This document shows, in pieces, positions 28,001 through 41,019 of a stretch of DNA of 64,000 nt. Where the stretch lies: the NCBI RefSeq assembly GCF_036971445.1, contig NC_091473.1:206274001-206338000 (forward strand). Direction: 5' to 3'. Source of the DNA: Narcine bancroftii. Its lineage: Eukaryota. The position numbers and the translations under genes were made by a program. The notes under the pieces were generated by a model. The model was not told the origin of the DNA, did no database searches, and worked only from the letters and a program-made list of their open reading frames with translations. Position 1 is the first letter of the stretch; each line of letters begins with the position of its first letter.

Positions 28001-29630
28001 TCTCGTCCGTGCTCTTTTCCCCCTGATTCTTTTAAGTTGGGGAATTGCCACAGACGGTTTAATAAAGCTTAAATTTTGATTATTCTTGAAAAAAGAATAA
28101 ATAATAAAAATGAATAAAAACCAATTCGACTGGTCGTCATACAGGCACATTTATTTTTGTAAAGTTGACACACAAAAAAATCCAAAGCTTGGCCAAATAT
28201 TTTCCCACTTATTATATCTGACGATCAGACTGATTTATTAAAATAGATATTCCAATTTCAATATACGGCCTTTAGGAATGTATTCATGGACAAGGCGTTT
28301 GATAGGTTAGAATGGAAATACTCATTGAAGACTTAAGAGAAATTAAAGTTTGTGCCTGAATTTATTCAAAATTACTACATTTATCCCCCTCTGCATGCAT
28401 TATTATTGACTTTCAAAATTATAAATCATTTATTCTGCAGCATGGAACTACACAAGAATGCTCTGTAAATCCATTGGTTTTTTGATTTGGCTTTAGAATC
28501 CTTAGCTGTCGCTTTCGAAGAATACAATGATATCATTAGAATTTTTAGGAAGTAGATTACCTACAAGGTTTTGCTTCGTGATAATGAGGATGTTTTATTG
28601 CTTTTTATTTATCATATTGAGACCTTCTATGCTTTTTTATTACTTTGTAATTGTAAACACTTCTCTGGCTATTAGTTGAATTTACGTTAAAATGAACACT
28701 TCCCTTTGAATAATTTGACAAAGGTAAATATTAAATTTCCTTTTAAGATTGTAAGAAATCAGTTTTCTAATTTAGGCGTAATATTATTAAGAATTTTAAA
28801 TGTTTATTTAAAGTATTTTTTTCTCAATTTAGTAAAAGACGTGAGAGGGGCGTTATCAAATTGGTTGTCCCGTTTCTTTTAATCGTTGGTTGCTCGAATC
28901 AACTCTTAAAAATAATATCCGAACCTAAATGTACATACTTTTACAGGCTTTGTCTGTATTTATTCTTGTTTTTTTTTATACACTCATATCATTTCATATA
29001 TGGAATGAAAAAACACTCGTCTAAATAAATTTCATTTTCAAATATCTAACGAAAAATGTAGGTTTGGCTCTACCAATCTTGAGGTTCTATTACTAAGCAG
29101 TGAACATACGAAATATTTCGTTTTGCTCATATTATAATAACCATAAAGTATGTCCAATATGGGTTTCCTTGTAATCCAATTTTGATACAAAGTTTTGTAT
29201 TATCTATCTTTTTGGATCTTCTCTTGCTGTATCTTTAAATAAATCAAATGAAGTTGCGGTAGTAAACATACTTTGAGGATCTGGATACATTTTAGAAAAC
29301 AGTTACGTTTATTGCTCTTTTCCCTTTCTTTTCCATTTTTTAAAACTATTTTTTAGACCTTCAATTATTGACGTAGTTTTTAAAGGATAGTATAGATTAG
29401 GTATTAAATGTTTCGAAGATATATTTGTTGAGGGCTATCTCTCTTCTTTCAGCTAAATATAGTTCACTAAGTACACGTTGTCATTTCCTATAGATCAGAG
29501 ATTGTTTGGTGATTCCAATTGCATACATTTCCTAATAGCTTTAATAAGAATTTAAAATATATACGTTTTAAGTTTAAACCATTATATAATCATTCAACAT
29601 CTAACATTTGTGGTATGCTGTTGGGAACAA
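25100..29630 (+). mobile_element. Nested degraded L1 fragments (older element interrupted by a solo LTR and by the 5'/ORF1 part of a younger L1 at about 26700-27900)
   Basis: ORF1 motifs LENKSRRNNLQILGL (about 25531) and ENQSRRNNVEIVGLPEGIEG (about 27456). RT remnants include DKAFDRLEWKY at about 28290. Confidence 0.75.
25704..26144. mobile_element. Solo LTR (441 bp) with 4-bp target-site duplication
   Basis: The termini are TGTTAGG…CCTTACA, flanked by TGTG on both sides (25700-03 and 26145-48). It interrupts L1 ORF1. Confidence 0.85.
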
Positions 29631-29635
29631 GAGTG

Positions 29636-30500
29636 GTTATAACCATATAACCATATAACCATATAACCATACACAGCACAGAACAGGCCAGGTTGGCCCT
29701 ACTAGTCCATGCCAGAGCAAATCCCCACCCTCCTTGTCGGACTGACCAGCACCTGGTCCATACCCCTCCAATCCTCTACCTTCTATGTAATTATCCAGTC
29801 TTTCCTTAAATATAAATAACGTCAACCACCTCTGCCGGAAGCTTATTCCACATCCCAACCACCCTTTGCATGAAGAAATTTCCCCTGATATTGTCCTTAT
29901 AATTTCCCCCTGCAATCTCAAACCCTGGCCTCTGGTTTGAATATCTCCCATTCTTAATGGAAAAAGCCTATCCACGTTGACTCTCTCTGTCCCTTTTAAA
30001 ATCTTGAACACCTCCATCAAATCCCCCCTCAATCTTCTACGCTCCAGAGAAAAAAAACCCAGGCTGCTCAACCTTTCTCTGCAACTCAAACCCTGACATC
30101 CTGTCAACATTCTTGTGAACCATCTGTGCACTCTCTCCATTTTGTTTATATCCTTCGTATAATTCGTTGACCAAAACTGCACACAGTATTCCAAACTTGG
30201 CTTCACCAATGCTTTGTACAATTTAATCATAACATCCCAACTCTTGAATTGAATACTCCGATTTATGAAGGCCAACATTCCAAATGCCTTCCTCACCACT
30301 CTACCTTCCTGAGTATCAACTTTGAAAGTACTATTTACCATAACTCCTAAATCTGCACTCCTCAATTGTCTACCATTCAATATGACCTATTTAGATTTGC
30401 CTTTCCAAAATGCAACACTTCACACTTATCCGTATTAAATTTCATCAGCCATTTCTAACTCCACTCCTCTAGCTTTCCTATATCTCTTTTTAATCTGCTC
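29636..30500 (-). mobile_element. Young 5'-truncated CR1-like LINE (RT C-terminal region open for 247 codons)
   Basis: ORF 29637-30380 contains DLGVMV…LYKALVKPSLEYCVQFWS…ERRRLRGDLMEVFKIL, with a (TAACCATA)n tail at about 29640-29671. Confidence 0.92.
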
Positions 30501-30569
30501 TGGTAGAGGTTGATCCACAGATTTACATTCACTGCCTGGTCCAACACCATTCTTCGTTTGGCGTCATGT

Positions 30570-32960
30570 TCTTTTTTTAAACTTTATTTATTCGTTCAAA
30601 ATACAGATAGTAAATAACATATACAACAATAAACGAAAAACATGAACGTTATATTTTTATAGAAAAAATTAAAAGAGAAAGAAAAAAAGAATTCCTCCCT
30701 CTCCATCTTCAGCCAGCTCTCCTAAGGAGAATCATAAAGAAAGGAAAAAATATTAAGGAAAAATTAAACATACATATTAAAATCTAATCAACTTAAATCG
30801 AAATGTAAATATTCTGAATATAACAACCACTTACTAACAAAAAAGCTATAGTTATCACGCAAAACATATGTAACTTTTTCCATTATTAAACAGTATGTCA
30901 TCTCATTATGCCATCTATTAATATCAAACATATTTGTATATTTCCACATACTAACAACATATTTTGTCTCTACAAATAATGCTAAATATACAAAAGCAAA
31001 TTGAAATTTATCTAATCCCAAACCTTACAGAGGTTGCAAACTGCCCAATAAAGAAACTATCAAATCTAAAAGTATTTTAATCGTATACAGATTTGGATTT
31101 ATCCCAACACTTTTTATCCATACCATCCTACAATATTTAATATATGAATGAAATATAAACCTTCTCTGGTACATTCATAAGAAAAGCCTCAAATTTAATC
31201 ATTTCAGATAAAATCATATCGCTACCAAACACACATGTACCAAATACCAAATTTAAAAATAAAGAAACAAAGAATTCTTATCAATACTAGAGCTGTTCCT
31301 CATCATTACGCTTAATCGAACCGTTTAAACCTCGAACATTAAAATTAGCAAACCTCAACTTTAACGTATCTACTAATATTACTAAAGACCAATAATATCT
31401 TTATATAAAATCTCAAATAATCCTATATAGGCCCTCTAATAGGAGAAAAAAATCATAAAGTAAAAGCTAGATAAAATAAAAACTAAAAAAAAATAATTAA
31501 CAACACCCCCCTCCAAAAAAGAACTACCAAAAGCCACCAGTGGCTGATGACTAATAGAACCTAGAATAAATCTCTTCCTCCCCAGCTGAACCAAAAAATC
31601 TCAAAATATCATAATAACATAAAAAGTAAAATAAGAATAAGAAGATTCTGCTATTTATCCAAAAGGTTCCAAACTCCAAGATCCCATTTCAAAAGAAGTT
31701 TGACTCTTTCCATTTCCGTTTTTCCATTTCTATCATTTCTTCCATTTCCAGAACAACCAGAATTTTCTTTAACAGACAATGGTGGACTACGTCTTTGTCC
31801 TCTTATATTAGGCAATGAATCAGCAAAAATCATTGCTTCATGATCATCCTCAGAAAACCGAGATTTATATTCTCCATGAAACACTGCCAGATAGCGAAAA
31901 GCAGACTTATAAATTTTACAATGATGGAGTTTTTCCATTTTCTCGCATTTTGCACCACCAGTCAAAATATTGCTTCTCTATCCAAAAAATCAAACATCGA
32001 ATTATTACAGGTTTCGGTGGCTGCCCAGCTAAAGGTGATCTCCTTTAAGTTCTGTGAGCTCTTTCCAATACCAAGTTTTCAGAAAAAAAAATTCTTGCCC
32101 TCGTACTTGTGGGATCCAATCTGTAAAAAAACGAAAGGATTTCATCCTTCCATACCTTCTGCCAAACCGACAATTTTCACATTATTCCTTCTACTTTGAT
32201 TCTTCAAATAGTCTATTTTCCTCTCCAACTCCTTCTCACGTTCTCGCAATTGTATAACAGATTTTTCAACCTTCAACACTTTTTCTGTATGAGAACCCAC
32301 TTGTTGTTGACATTCCAAAAAAGCAGATTAAATTTTAAAAAAATCTTCACAAGATGCTTCTACACGTGTTTTAACTGTATTCAATTCTGAACATCCTTTG
32401 AGCCAACTCATTCATTATAGGCTGAATGACAGCATTTAACTGGTTACATTGTAATTCAGAAAAGCTCAGCCCTGCTTTCTCTAACGTAGAGGCAGAACCA
32501 GGTAACTGCAGCTCCTGCTGCAACTCAACAAAAGGCATTTTTACAGTCTTACTACGGGTCTGTACTCCCAGCGACGGCACCCCGACTTCCTCAGGGGGTT
32601 GACGCAGGTCTCCCCCGCAGCTCTTTTATTTCCAAAAAATCACGGAAGAGATCGAAATTTTCAGGTTGGAACATTGCCAGAAACGTTTTAGACAATGGAG
32701 TCCTCTTCCTGCGTGCTCCCTGCGTTAAAATCGGCAGGCTGCCAGAATCAAGATCCACTACATGGGAACACGCACCTTTCTCCAAAGAACGGGTAATTCC
32801 AGCTCTATCCTTCATTTGGTGAGTAGTAGACATTTTGTTTCCAGCTCACACAGGCAGGCTTTGTAGTTTAGGCATTGTAGAAATTAAGCCTGAGGCAGGA
32901 GCAAGTGTTTAGGCCCCATATCTTCAGTACTTCGAAAATGTAACTTCTTCTGCACTTGAG
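30570..32960 (-). mobile_element. Internally deleted L1 (5'/ORF1 and start of EN joined to ORF2 3' end)
   Basis: The ORF1 part (MPSLGVQTRSKTVKMPFVELQQELQLP) matches 27011-27367 inverted. The 3' part (GLDKFQFAFVYLAL) matches 36750-37050, and the T-rich tail is at about 30572. Confidence 0.85.
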
Positions 32961-33019
32961 ACAGATGAACAGAAGGAGCCGTAAAAATAGTCAACGGACA
33001 TAAAAGAAGAAAACATATA

Positions 33020-33910
33020 GACACGAATAGCATGGAAACATTCCATACCTCTTAACTTAACCATCCCAATCAAAGTGCCCCACCCACACAAACCCACTTT
33101 GCAATCCTATGTACAATTAACTCATTCGGCATCCTGTTCTACACCTCCACCACACTCTACACTTTCTTACCATTCACTAACCTGTTAAAAACCTCTTACT
33201 TCAACCTGAGGGTGTGGTTCCCAATTTCCTTACTCTGAAGAGAAGACTGCATTTCCCCTGATGTATTTCTCTCCTGATGACGTATATAACTGACAAACAT
33301 CGATGACTGTCCTGGGGTCCAATTAATAAAGTCATAGCCTCCTCAACCTCTCCATATAGCTCAGACATCCGAGTCCTGGAACCATCCTGATAAATATTCT
33401 TTTCAACCTCTCCATTTTGACAACTTCTTTTCGATTACATGGTAACAACATCAGAGCACAACAATCCAAAGAATACTGCATTAACAACTCATAAAGCTGC
33501 AAATTTACCTTCAAACATCTCTACTCATTATTGGAACCAATGCAGGCAAATCGGCGGAGAGCCTTATGACGAGCATATCTACCAGAATAGTGATACACTT
33601 TATCTTTACACCTCTGTCCGGCCATATTGATCAGATTCCTGCCATTCACTCTATAGGTTATGACTACGTTCGATCTCCGACACATAACAGCTCACTTTTC
33701 TCAATTAAATTCTAACTACTATTCAGTTTCCCACCAGACCAATCTTAGAAAATTCCACGCAAATATTTTCAAGCTTCTTCACAACCAAAATGCCATACAC
33801 CTCGCTTTCATACGAAAATTTGATAATCCTGCCACGAACATTGAAATCAATTCATTGGTATAGATGACAAATTGGAATAGTTCCAGTACGAAAGCCAACA
33901 TACGAATTAC
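33020..33910 (-). mobile_element. Old CR1 RT fragment (cassette component)
   Basis: ORF 33332-33514 reads LQLYELL…KMERLKRIFIRMVPGLGCLSYMERLRRL. Confidence 0.75.
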
Positions 33911-33944
33911 ATCACCTATGAGTAGTTACAAACTGTTATATCTA

Positions 33945-36900
33945 ACAGTCAATTTCATACTGGAAATCCAAGTGGCTTAATCCAAGAGGTTTACTACAAT
34001 GTTGTTAAAAAATATGGAATTTATTGATTTTTTGAAAAAAACAAATTAATTATTTAAAGAAAATTCTAATTCTGTTCAAAGTAAGTTATCATTATGGGAT
34101 GCTATGAAAGCCTATTTGAGAGGACAAATAATTAGTTATACTTCTAAAATAAAGAAGAATCGATTAAATCAGAGTTTTGAATTAGAGAAACAGATTGAGG
34201 AGTTAGAAAAAGAATTTCAGTAAGATGCTACAGAAGATCAGAAAATAGAATTATCTAGGTTGAAATTGGAATATAATACTTTGCAATCTTATCAATTTGA
34301 ATGTGTGATTAATAGGTCTAAGCAAAGGTATTATGAATGGAGAGAGAAAACACATAAGTTACTGGCGTGGCAATTAAAGAAAGAACAGGTTTCGAGGACT
34401 ATTATTGCTGCTAGATGGAATTCCATTATTACATAAACCTCATGAGATTAATGATGAATTTTACTCATTTTACAAAAAGTTATGTACATCTGAAGGAAAA
34501 CAAAAAACTGAATCGATTGATCTTGTTTTAATCACAGTTGAATTTACCGATATTAGAGGATGCAGATATACAGGAGTTAGAAGAACCATTTACTGATTTG
34601 GAAATTAAAATGGCTTTGCTGGAAATGTCGAACGGTAAATCGCCTGGTGATGATGGATTTTCGGCTGAATTTTATAAAATATTTTATGATGATTCGTCTA
34701 CAGTGTTTGGGGATGTATTACGTCAAGTTGGAGAACAATGAATTACCTGAGTCTTGTTCTAGTGCTTTACTTACAGTAATTCCAAAAAAAGATAGAGATC
34801 CTTTGAATGTATCTTCATATAGACCAATTTCGATGTTAAATGTAGATTATAAAATAATAGCTAAACTATTCGCGAATAGGTAGGCTAAAGTTTTCCTTAA
34901 GTTGATTCATATGTATCAAACAGGTTTTATAAAGAATATATAAGCTTCAGATAACGTTTTTCGCGTGATTAGTTTGATTAATAGATTTAGACAATCTTCA
35001 GATCACCTGATGGTGATATCCCTAGATGCAGAAAAAGCATTTGATAGCGTTGAATTGAACATTTTGTTCAAAGTTTTGGAGAAATTCAAGTTTGTTCTTT
35101 TTTATTGGTTGGATTAGGGCTCTATATAGTAAACCTGTAGCTAGAGTATTGACGAATGATTTGATTTCTGAACCATTTAAGCTATCTCAATCAATTCGTC
35201 AAGGTTGTCCTTTATCATTGGCTTTGTTTGCGTTGGTGATTTAACCTTTAGCCCAATTGATAAGACAAAATAAATAGATACAAGGTATGAAAGTTTTAGA
35301 TGACGAGTATAAAAATAATTTATTGATGATGATGTAATGGCATATTTAGTAAACCCAGCTCAGTCATTTTTGCACTTGAAGGCGTATTTAATACAATATG
35401 GATGTCTTTCTGTATATAACGTTAATTTGGAAAAAAATGAAATATTGCTGGTAAGTGAAGGATATTATTCAGTTTATAAGAATATTATTAATTTGAAATG
35501 GACTGATCGAATTAAATATTTGGGTATAATTTTGAATGTTAATTATCAATATTAATATAAATTAAATTATGTTCCATTAATGAAAAAAATTAAAAGTGAA
35601 TTGATCAAATGGAAAGATTTACCTATTAATTTAATGGGTAGGATAAATACAATTAAGATGAATATCTTTCCGCATGTGCAATATTTTTTTCCAATCTATT
35701 CTGTATTTACTTGATAATTTTTTTTGAGATTTGAATAAAATGGTTACGGAGTTTTTATGGAGAAATATATTTTTGAATAAATTAACTTGGAAATATGAGT
35801 TAGGGGGATTACATTTACCGCATTTTCAATATCATTATGAAGCAGCTCGACTTAAATTTACTAGTTAATTGATGGATTTGGTAAGGCCTCCTCGTTGGGC
35901 CAAAATTGAGATGGCAAATATTTTTGAATTTGAAATACATCAAGTTTTGTTTAGATGGAATATAAATTTGTTACAACAATATAATGTGCCTATATTAAAA
36001 TATTTAATGAAGTTATGGATAAGGAAAAAAATAAAATGACAGGCTCTAGGGGTAAATTATCGGCTTTAACTCCATTGTATAATTATCAACATTCCTTTTT
36101 CAATACATAATCGAAGTTTATTGCATTGGAGATATAAATGTGTGAACAATTTGGGAGATTGTTATAAAGAGGGAACATTTTAATCTTTTAATCAGATGAG
36201 GGAAGGTTTTGGTATTGATAAGAATTATTTGTTTTTACATTGTTAAATTTGATCTTTGATAAGATGTATGTTTGGTAGAGATATGATTTTACCTGAAATG
36301 ACTAAATTTGAGACTTTTCTTATGAAGGTACCAGAGAAGGGTTATATTTCATCTGTGTATCAAGTATTACAGGGTGGTATGGATAAAAAGCGTTGGGATA
36401 GATCTAAAAGTAAATGGGAAGCAGATACTGGTTTTATTTTTTCCCAAAATGATTGGTTATATATTTGTTATGATAGTGTAACTAGATTGATAAATGCCCG
36501 TTATGTAATTGTTTTACATCAATTATATTTAACACCTGAAAATATTTTTAAAGTGTATGGTTTCAATGAATCAGACTTGTGTTTTAGATGTGGTGATACA
36601 GTTCAAACTTTTTTTCATGTCGTTTGGTCATGTATACATATACAATCGTTTTGGAAGAAAATTGAATCGTGTTTGGAATATCTGTATAAGATTAAAATAG
36701 TTTTAGATCCAACAGTATTTTTATTGGGTAGTTTGCAACCTTTGAAAGGATTGGCCTTAGATACATTCCAGCTTGCTTTTGTATATTTTGATTTATCTGT
36801 AGCAAAACAAATGTATTGCTAGTACGCGTAAAGATATAAATATGATTGATAATAATAGATGGCATAAGGAAATGAAAAGTTGTTTAATAATGGAAAAATT

Positions 36901-37100
36901 ATGTCAGTTTCGCGTGCAAATTATAATTTTTATTAATAATTTGTCATTATATTCAGAATATTTACATTTCAATTTACATCCTAATATATATATTTCATAT
37001 TTCTTTAATATTATTTTCTTTTTTCTTTCTTTATGGCTCTCCTTAGGAGAGTTGGCTGAAGGGGGGGGGGGGTTTGAACAAATAAATAAAGTTAAAAAAA
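33945..37100 (+). mobile_element. 5'-truncated L1 ORF2 with 3' UTR and A-rich tail
   Basis: Motifs LWDAMKAYLRGQII, KSPGDDGF, SSYRPISMLNVDYKII, DAEKAFD, RQGCPLS and the CFRC…HVVWSC zinc knuckle. AATAAATAAAGTTAAAAAAA is at about 37081. Confidence 0.93.
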
Positions 37101-37735
37101 GAGACCACGGATAGTTCAATCAGGATCTCATCAAAGGGGGCACTTTTTCGTTAAACGGGTGTTCATATGCTAATCATTTTCATAGGCATTAGCATAAAAA
37201 AGTTGTAAACGTTTTTATATTCAAAGCGTTCAATATTCCTCACAAGCTAAATACCCGGTCCAAATGAACACCCCCCCCCCCCCCCCGCTTCCATTCTGAC
37301 CACCAGAGTGATCATGGGGAGAAACACGAAAGTTTGTAGGCACTGTGACTGTGGTAAATACACACTGCTTATTTTGATTATTCCTTTGAATAAGGGCTTG
37401 CAAATATATCTTTGTTTATTTATGAACGCTGGGAAGCTCGGCTGAGTTCCTAGAGAATATTGATGTATTTATGTATTTTTACCAGAAGAATCAACAATGT
37501 TCATCGGGCGTCTATACTTGGAAGATGATTGAATGACATCATTCTACTGATCGAATTTATTTCTCAATCATGTGAAGAGTTCATGATTCCACAATACTCT
37601 CCTTTAACAGATATTCGATTCATAATGCATCGGATATTTTGGGGTACAACGTATCTTTTACTTGTTGTGAATCTCTGAGTACGGGTAATGCGGAAATTGA
37701 GAGACAATGGCATATATTACACAAACTTACATACC

Positions 37736-37773
37736 ACACACACACACACAAACAAATATTTGCGCACAATGTC

Positions 37774-37820
<47 letters not shown>
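37736..37820. repeat. (CA)n and (GA)n microsatellites upstream of a family B V
   Basis: Seen directly in the sequence; equivalent tracts are at 39711-39915, 54287-54370 and next to the gap at about 58090. Confidence 0.9.
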
Positions 37821-37822
<2 letters not shown>

Positions 37823-38077
37823 GTACATGACAGAAAAAATGTGTGGTCAGGGAGAGAGAATGGTGAACACAGCACACGAAAAATAGATGCGTCTATCTCC
37901 AGAAATTGCATACGTTGTAAGAGACCGATAGATAATGAAGCTCTGAACCACCCCATATTCTCCCATGAAGAAAAGAACTTGCACCCGACCAATATTGCAT
38001 TGTGCAAAACCAAAGTTGTTGCATAAAAGATGTGAAACATTTCTGATCAACCCTCTTTGTTTTGTTAGTACCCGACA

Positions 38078-38440
38078 ATCACCCTGTCTGGTTCACATTG
38101 ATTATAATATCCGTGTTTCCCCTTGAGTCTCTTATTAAATGAATTATTTGCGTCCCGTAGCTATGGTTCACTTTTGAGCTGATCACAGTTTCCGTGTTTT
38201 TTTTTGGCTGGGGCCTTTGGCGACGATTCTATCTCCCAATATCCATCTGAGGTCTCGGTGGAAGAAGGACGAACTTCAACGCGGAAGCATTCGATGGCTA
38301 TGCTGCCTTCTTGTATATGCAGTATCCTGAACAGGCGCTGAGATTTGTACTGAAAGAACTAAGCACTGATTTTAAGGATAGGTCTTCGAATTTCCGAGAC
38401 CAGTTTTCTTCTGTTAATCAGAAAGGAAGTCACGAGATAG
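38078..38440 (+). pseudogene. TCR V pseudogene, family B (decayed leader about 38078-38122, V exon from 38211), 3'-truncated
   Basis: Reads GAFGDDSISQYPSEVSVEEGRTST…AFDGYAAFLYMQYPEQALRFVLKELSTDFKDRSSNFRDQFSSVNQK. The acceptor is AG>TG, the first Cys is deleted, and a CR1 fragment cuts it at about 38447. Confidence 0.85.
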
Positions 38441-38446
38441 CAGCAA

Positions 38447-39010
38447 ACTGTCCTGGGGTCCAATTAATCAAGTCATAGCCTTGGCAACTTCTCTATCCAG
38501 ATCAGGTCTCTGATTCCTGGCAACATCATGATAAATATTCTCTTGAACAATCCCAGATTGACATCTTCCGTTCTATTGCACGTTTATCAAATCAAAGCAA
38601 CAATAATGCAAATGTAGTCGCATCAGCGTTTCATACAACTGCAAAATTACTTTCAAACTTTTGTACAGAAATCTCTAACTGATGCAGGCCCATTTGCAGA
38701 GAACATCGGAACAAACATATCTACCACTTTACAGATAATCTATGCCTGTAGATTCCTGCCATTCACGATGTAGGTCATAATGACGTTTTCCCGCCCAGAC
38801 ACTACACCGTACATTTCTGAATGCAATTTGAACAACAATTCCACTACCAAACTGTTCAAGATTTTGCTGGAACCTTTGGCAAATATCTTCACAATCTAAA
38901 ATACCAAACACTTTAGAATCGTCCAGATATTTTATAATACTCACATCTATATTTTCATTTAAATTATTCGTACGGATTCCGAACAGCAATGGTGTCAGCA
39001 CCAAAGCCAT
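38447..39010 (-). mobile_element. Old CR1 RT fragment (cassette component)
   Basis: ORF 38729-39010 reads VLTPLLFGIRTNNLNENI…KYLDDSKV, a degenerate PLLF…FADDTK motif. Confidence 0.75.
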
Positions 39011-39304
39011 TGTACGAATGACATCACCAGCGATTGATCAGCCAAACACCTACTAAAGGAATACCAATTCGCAGAAAGCGAATATTTCCTATTTTCTGCA
39101 TTTCCGCATACTTATGTGCTAAGTCGCTTGCACACAGAACGAATATTCGACTCTACTCTGTTTGGTCCCGAGATAAACACAGTTACGAGCCTATTGCCCT
39201 ATTGATAATTTCAAGGATCCCCGTGAGCTTCTCCTTGAATAGTTCTTTGGGGACTGTGGCTTGTTTTCACTCCCATCTATTGAAAATTCCACGATATGTT
39301 GCAG

Positions 39305-39648
39305 AAGCTTGGGAGATACTTCAACGTCCTAGAATCGTCTGAAATGACGCTATAAAAATAACGAGCTCTACCACTGAATTACAGTTACTCGATAGCATTC
39401 AGTGATGATACTGTCATTTGATACCGGCGTTGATCCGAATAATATGCGAAATATCTTCTGAGGACATTCAGGACTTAATCGGCAGGGAGATCTCTAGATT
39501 TCCCAGACAAGTTTTCTGTTCTTGATCATAAGAAAAATTGGCTTGGTACTTCATCTATCTCTTTGATTCTATTCTATGTCGCTGGGGTGATTCTGTCTGC
39601 CACGAGAAGCACACTGCGGTAGAGAATCATCAAATTCGGAAAAAGACA
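39305..39648 (+). pseudogene. TCR V pseudogene, family C, with degenerate 23-RSS
   Basis: It keeps a GCAG| acceptor and reads …DTSTS*NR…LPLNYSYSIAFSDDTVI*YRR*SE*YAKYLLR…SLDFPDKFSVLDHK…AGVILSATR with many stops. The RSS is CACACTG (39610-16)-23-AAAAAGACA. A leader remnant lies at about 39182-39225. Confidence 0.8.
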
Positions 39649-39709
39649 AAAAGCTGATAGTTCTAGTGTGTCTGAACAAAGGGGAAACTTACTCTGTTCA
39701 AAGGGTCTG

Positions 39710-39741
<32 letters not shown>

Positions 39742-39837
39742 GCACGCACGCACGCATGCGCACTCACACATACATACGCAAACACAAATGCGTGTACTCA
39801 GTAAATGCGAGCGAGGGAGAGAGAGAGAGTGAGTGAG

Positions 39838-39880
<43 letters not shown>

Positions 39881-40151
39881 GTGCGTGAGAGAGAATGAGG
39901 GGGAGAGAGAGAGACTCTACCCGAGAGAAATATGTGTCATCAGGCACACGCAATGGATAAAAGCATGCCCAGAAAAGTCCTTAAATGCAAGTGCCCTGCA
40001 AATAATAACGCAGGAACCGTCCCATGTTCTCGCGTCAAGCAAAGAAGCTGCACTTAAGCAGCTTTGATATCAGAAATATCAAATTAATGGTATAAACAAG
40101 CTTTTCTCTCTTCCCTATTTGACTTCCCTTTTTGTTTTGGAGGCACCCACC

Positions 40152-40378
40152 TTATCTACTGTATGGTTCACGCTGATTATAATACCTGTGTTTCCTGGTG
40201 AGTCACTGCTTAAAGAGATGCTTTGCGTCTCGTAGCTATGGTTCAAGGTCTGTCTGACCACATTTAGGTTCTCTTTTGCTGTGTCCTTTGGTGACAATTC
40301 GATCTTCCAGTATCCATTTGAAGTGTCAGTGGAATAACTAGCAGGCTGAACTGCAGTTACCCAGCAGAATACGACGCT
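40152..40378 (+). pseudogene. TCR V pseudogene fragment, family B (leader 40152-40197, 5' part of V exon from 40282)
   Basis: The leader (L)STVWFTLIIIPVFP-G|GTGAGT has lost its ATG. The exon reads SFGDNSIFQYPFEVSVE*…RLNCSYPAEYDA and is then truncated by a CR1 fragment. Confidence 0.82.
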
Positions 40379-40389
40379 CACCTGACGCT

Positions 40390-41000
40390 CTCATAATTAT
40401 ATGTACAACTGCAGGATCACTTTTAACAGGCCTGCGGTCCAATGAAAAATACCATAACCTCCTCAAACTCTCCATCTGGATCAGGCCTCCGAGTCCTACC
40501 ATCATGCTGATAAATGTTCTCGTCAACTTACCAAGATTGTTAATTTATTTTCTATTGCACAGTGACCAAATCATCGTAGAATAATCCAAACACGGCCGCA
40601 TAAACGAATCATGCATCTTCAAGAACACTTTCAAACGTCTGTACTCAACACTGTGATGCTGGTCAAGGTGCGGAGAGACTCGTAGCGAGAATATATACCA
40701 GTATAAAGATACCCTGTACCTCCCCCCGGTCTACAATAAATCAGTTTTTAAAACCATTGACTGTGTAAATCCTGCCAAAGACAGACCTCCCAAATACAAC
40801 GTTTCTGAATTAAGTTCCACACATCATTCAACTGTCCACAAGGCCAACCTTTCAAGATTACGCTACAATCTTTAGCAAACACCTTTAAAATCTGAAATAC
40901 CAAGACACTTCTTTACCATCCGAAAACGTGTTAATCTTTGATGTGATTCGTTATAGATGACAAACAGCAAATGTTCAGGGCTTGAGTTTGGTGTACACAG
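40390..41000 (-). mobile_element. Old CR1 RT fragment (cassette component)
   Basis: ORF 40338-40526 reads MTRTFISMMVGLGGLIQMESLRRL and is homologous to 33300-33900. Confidence 0.7.
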
Positions 41001-41019
41001 TAAAATCTCTGCCCTCCAA

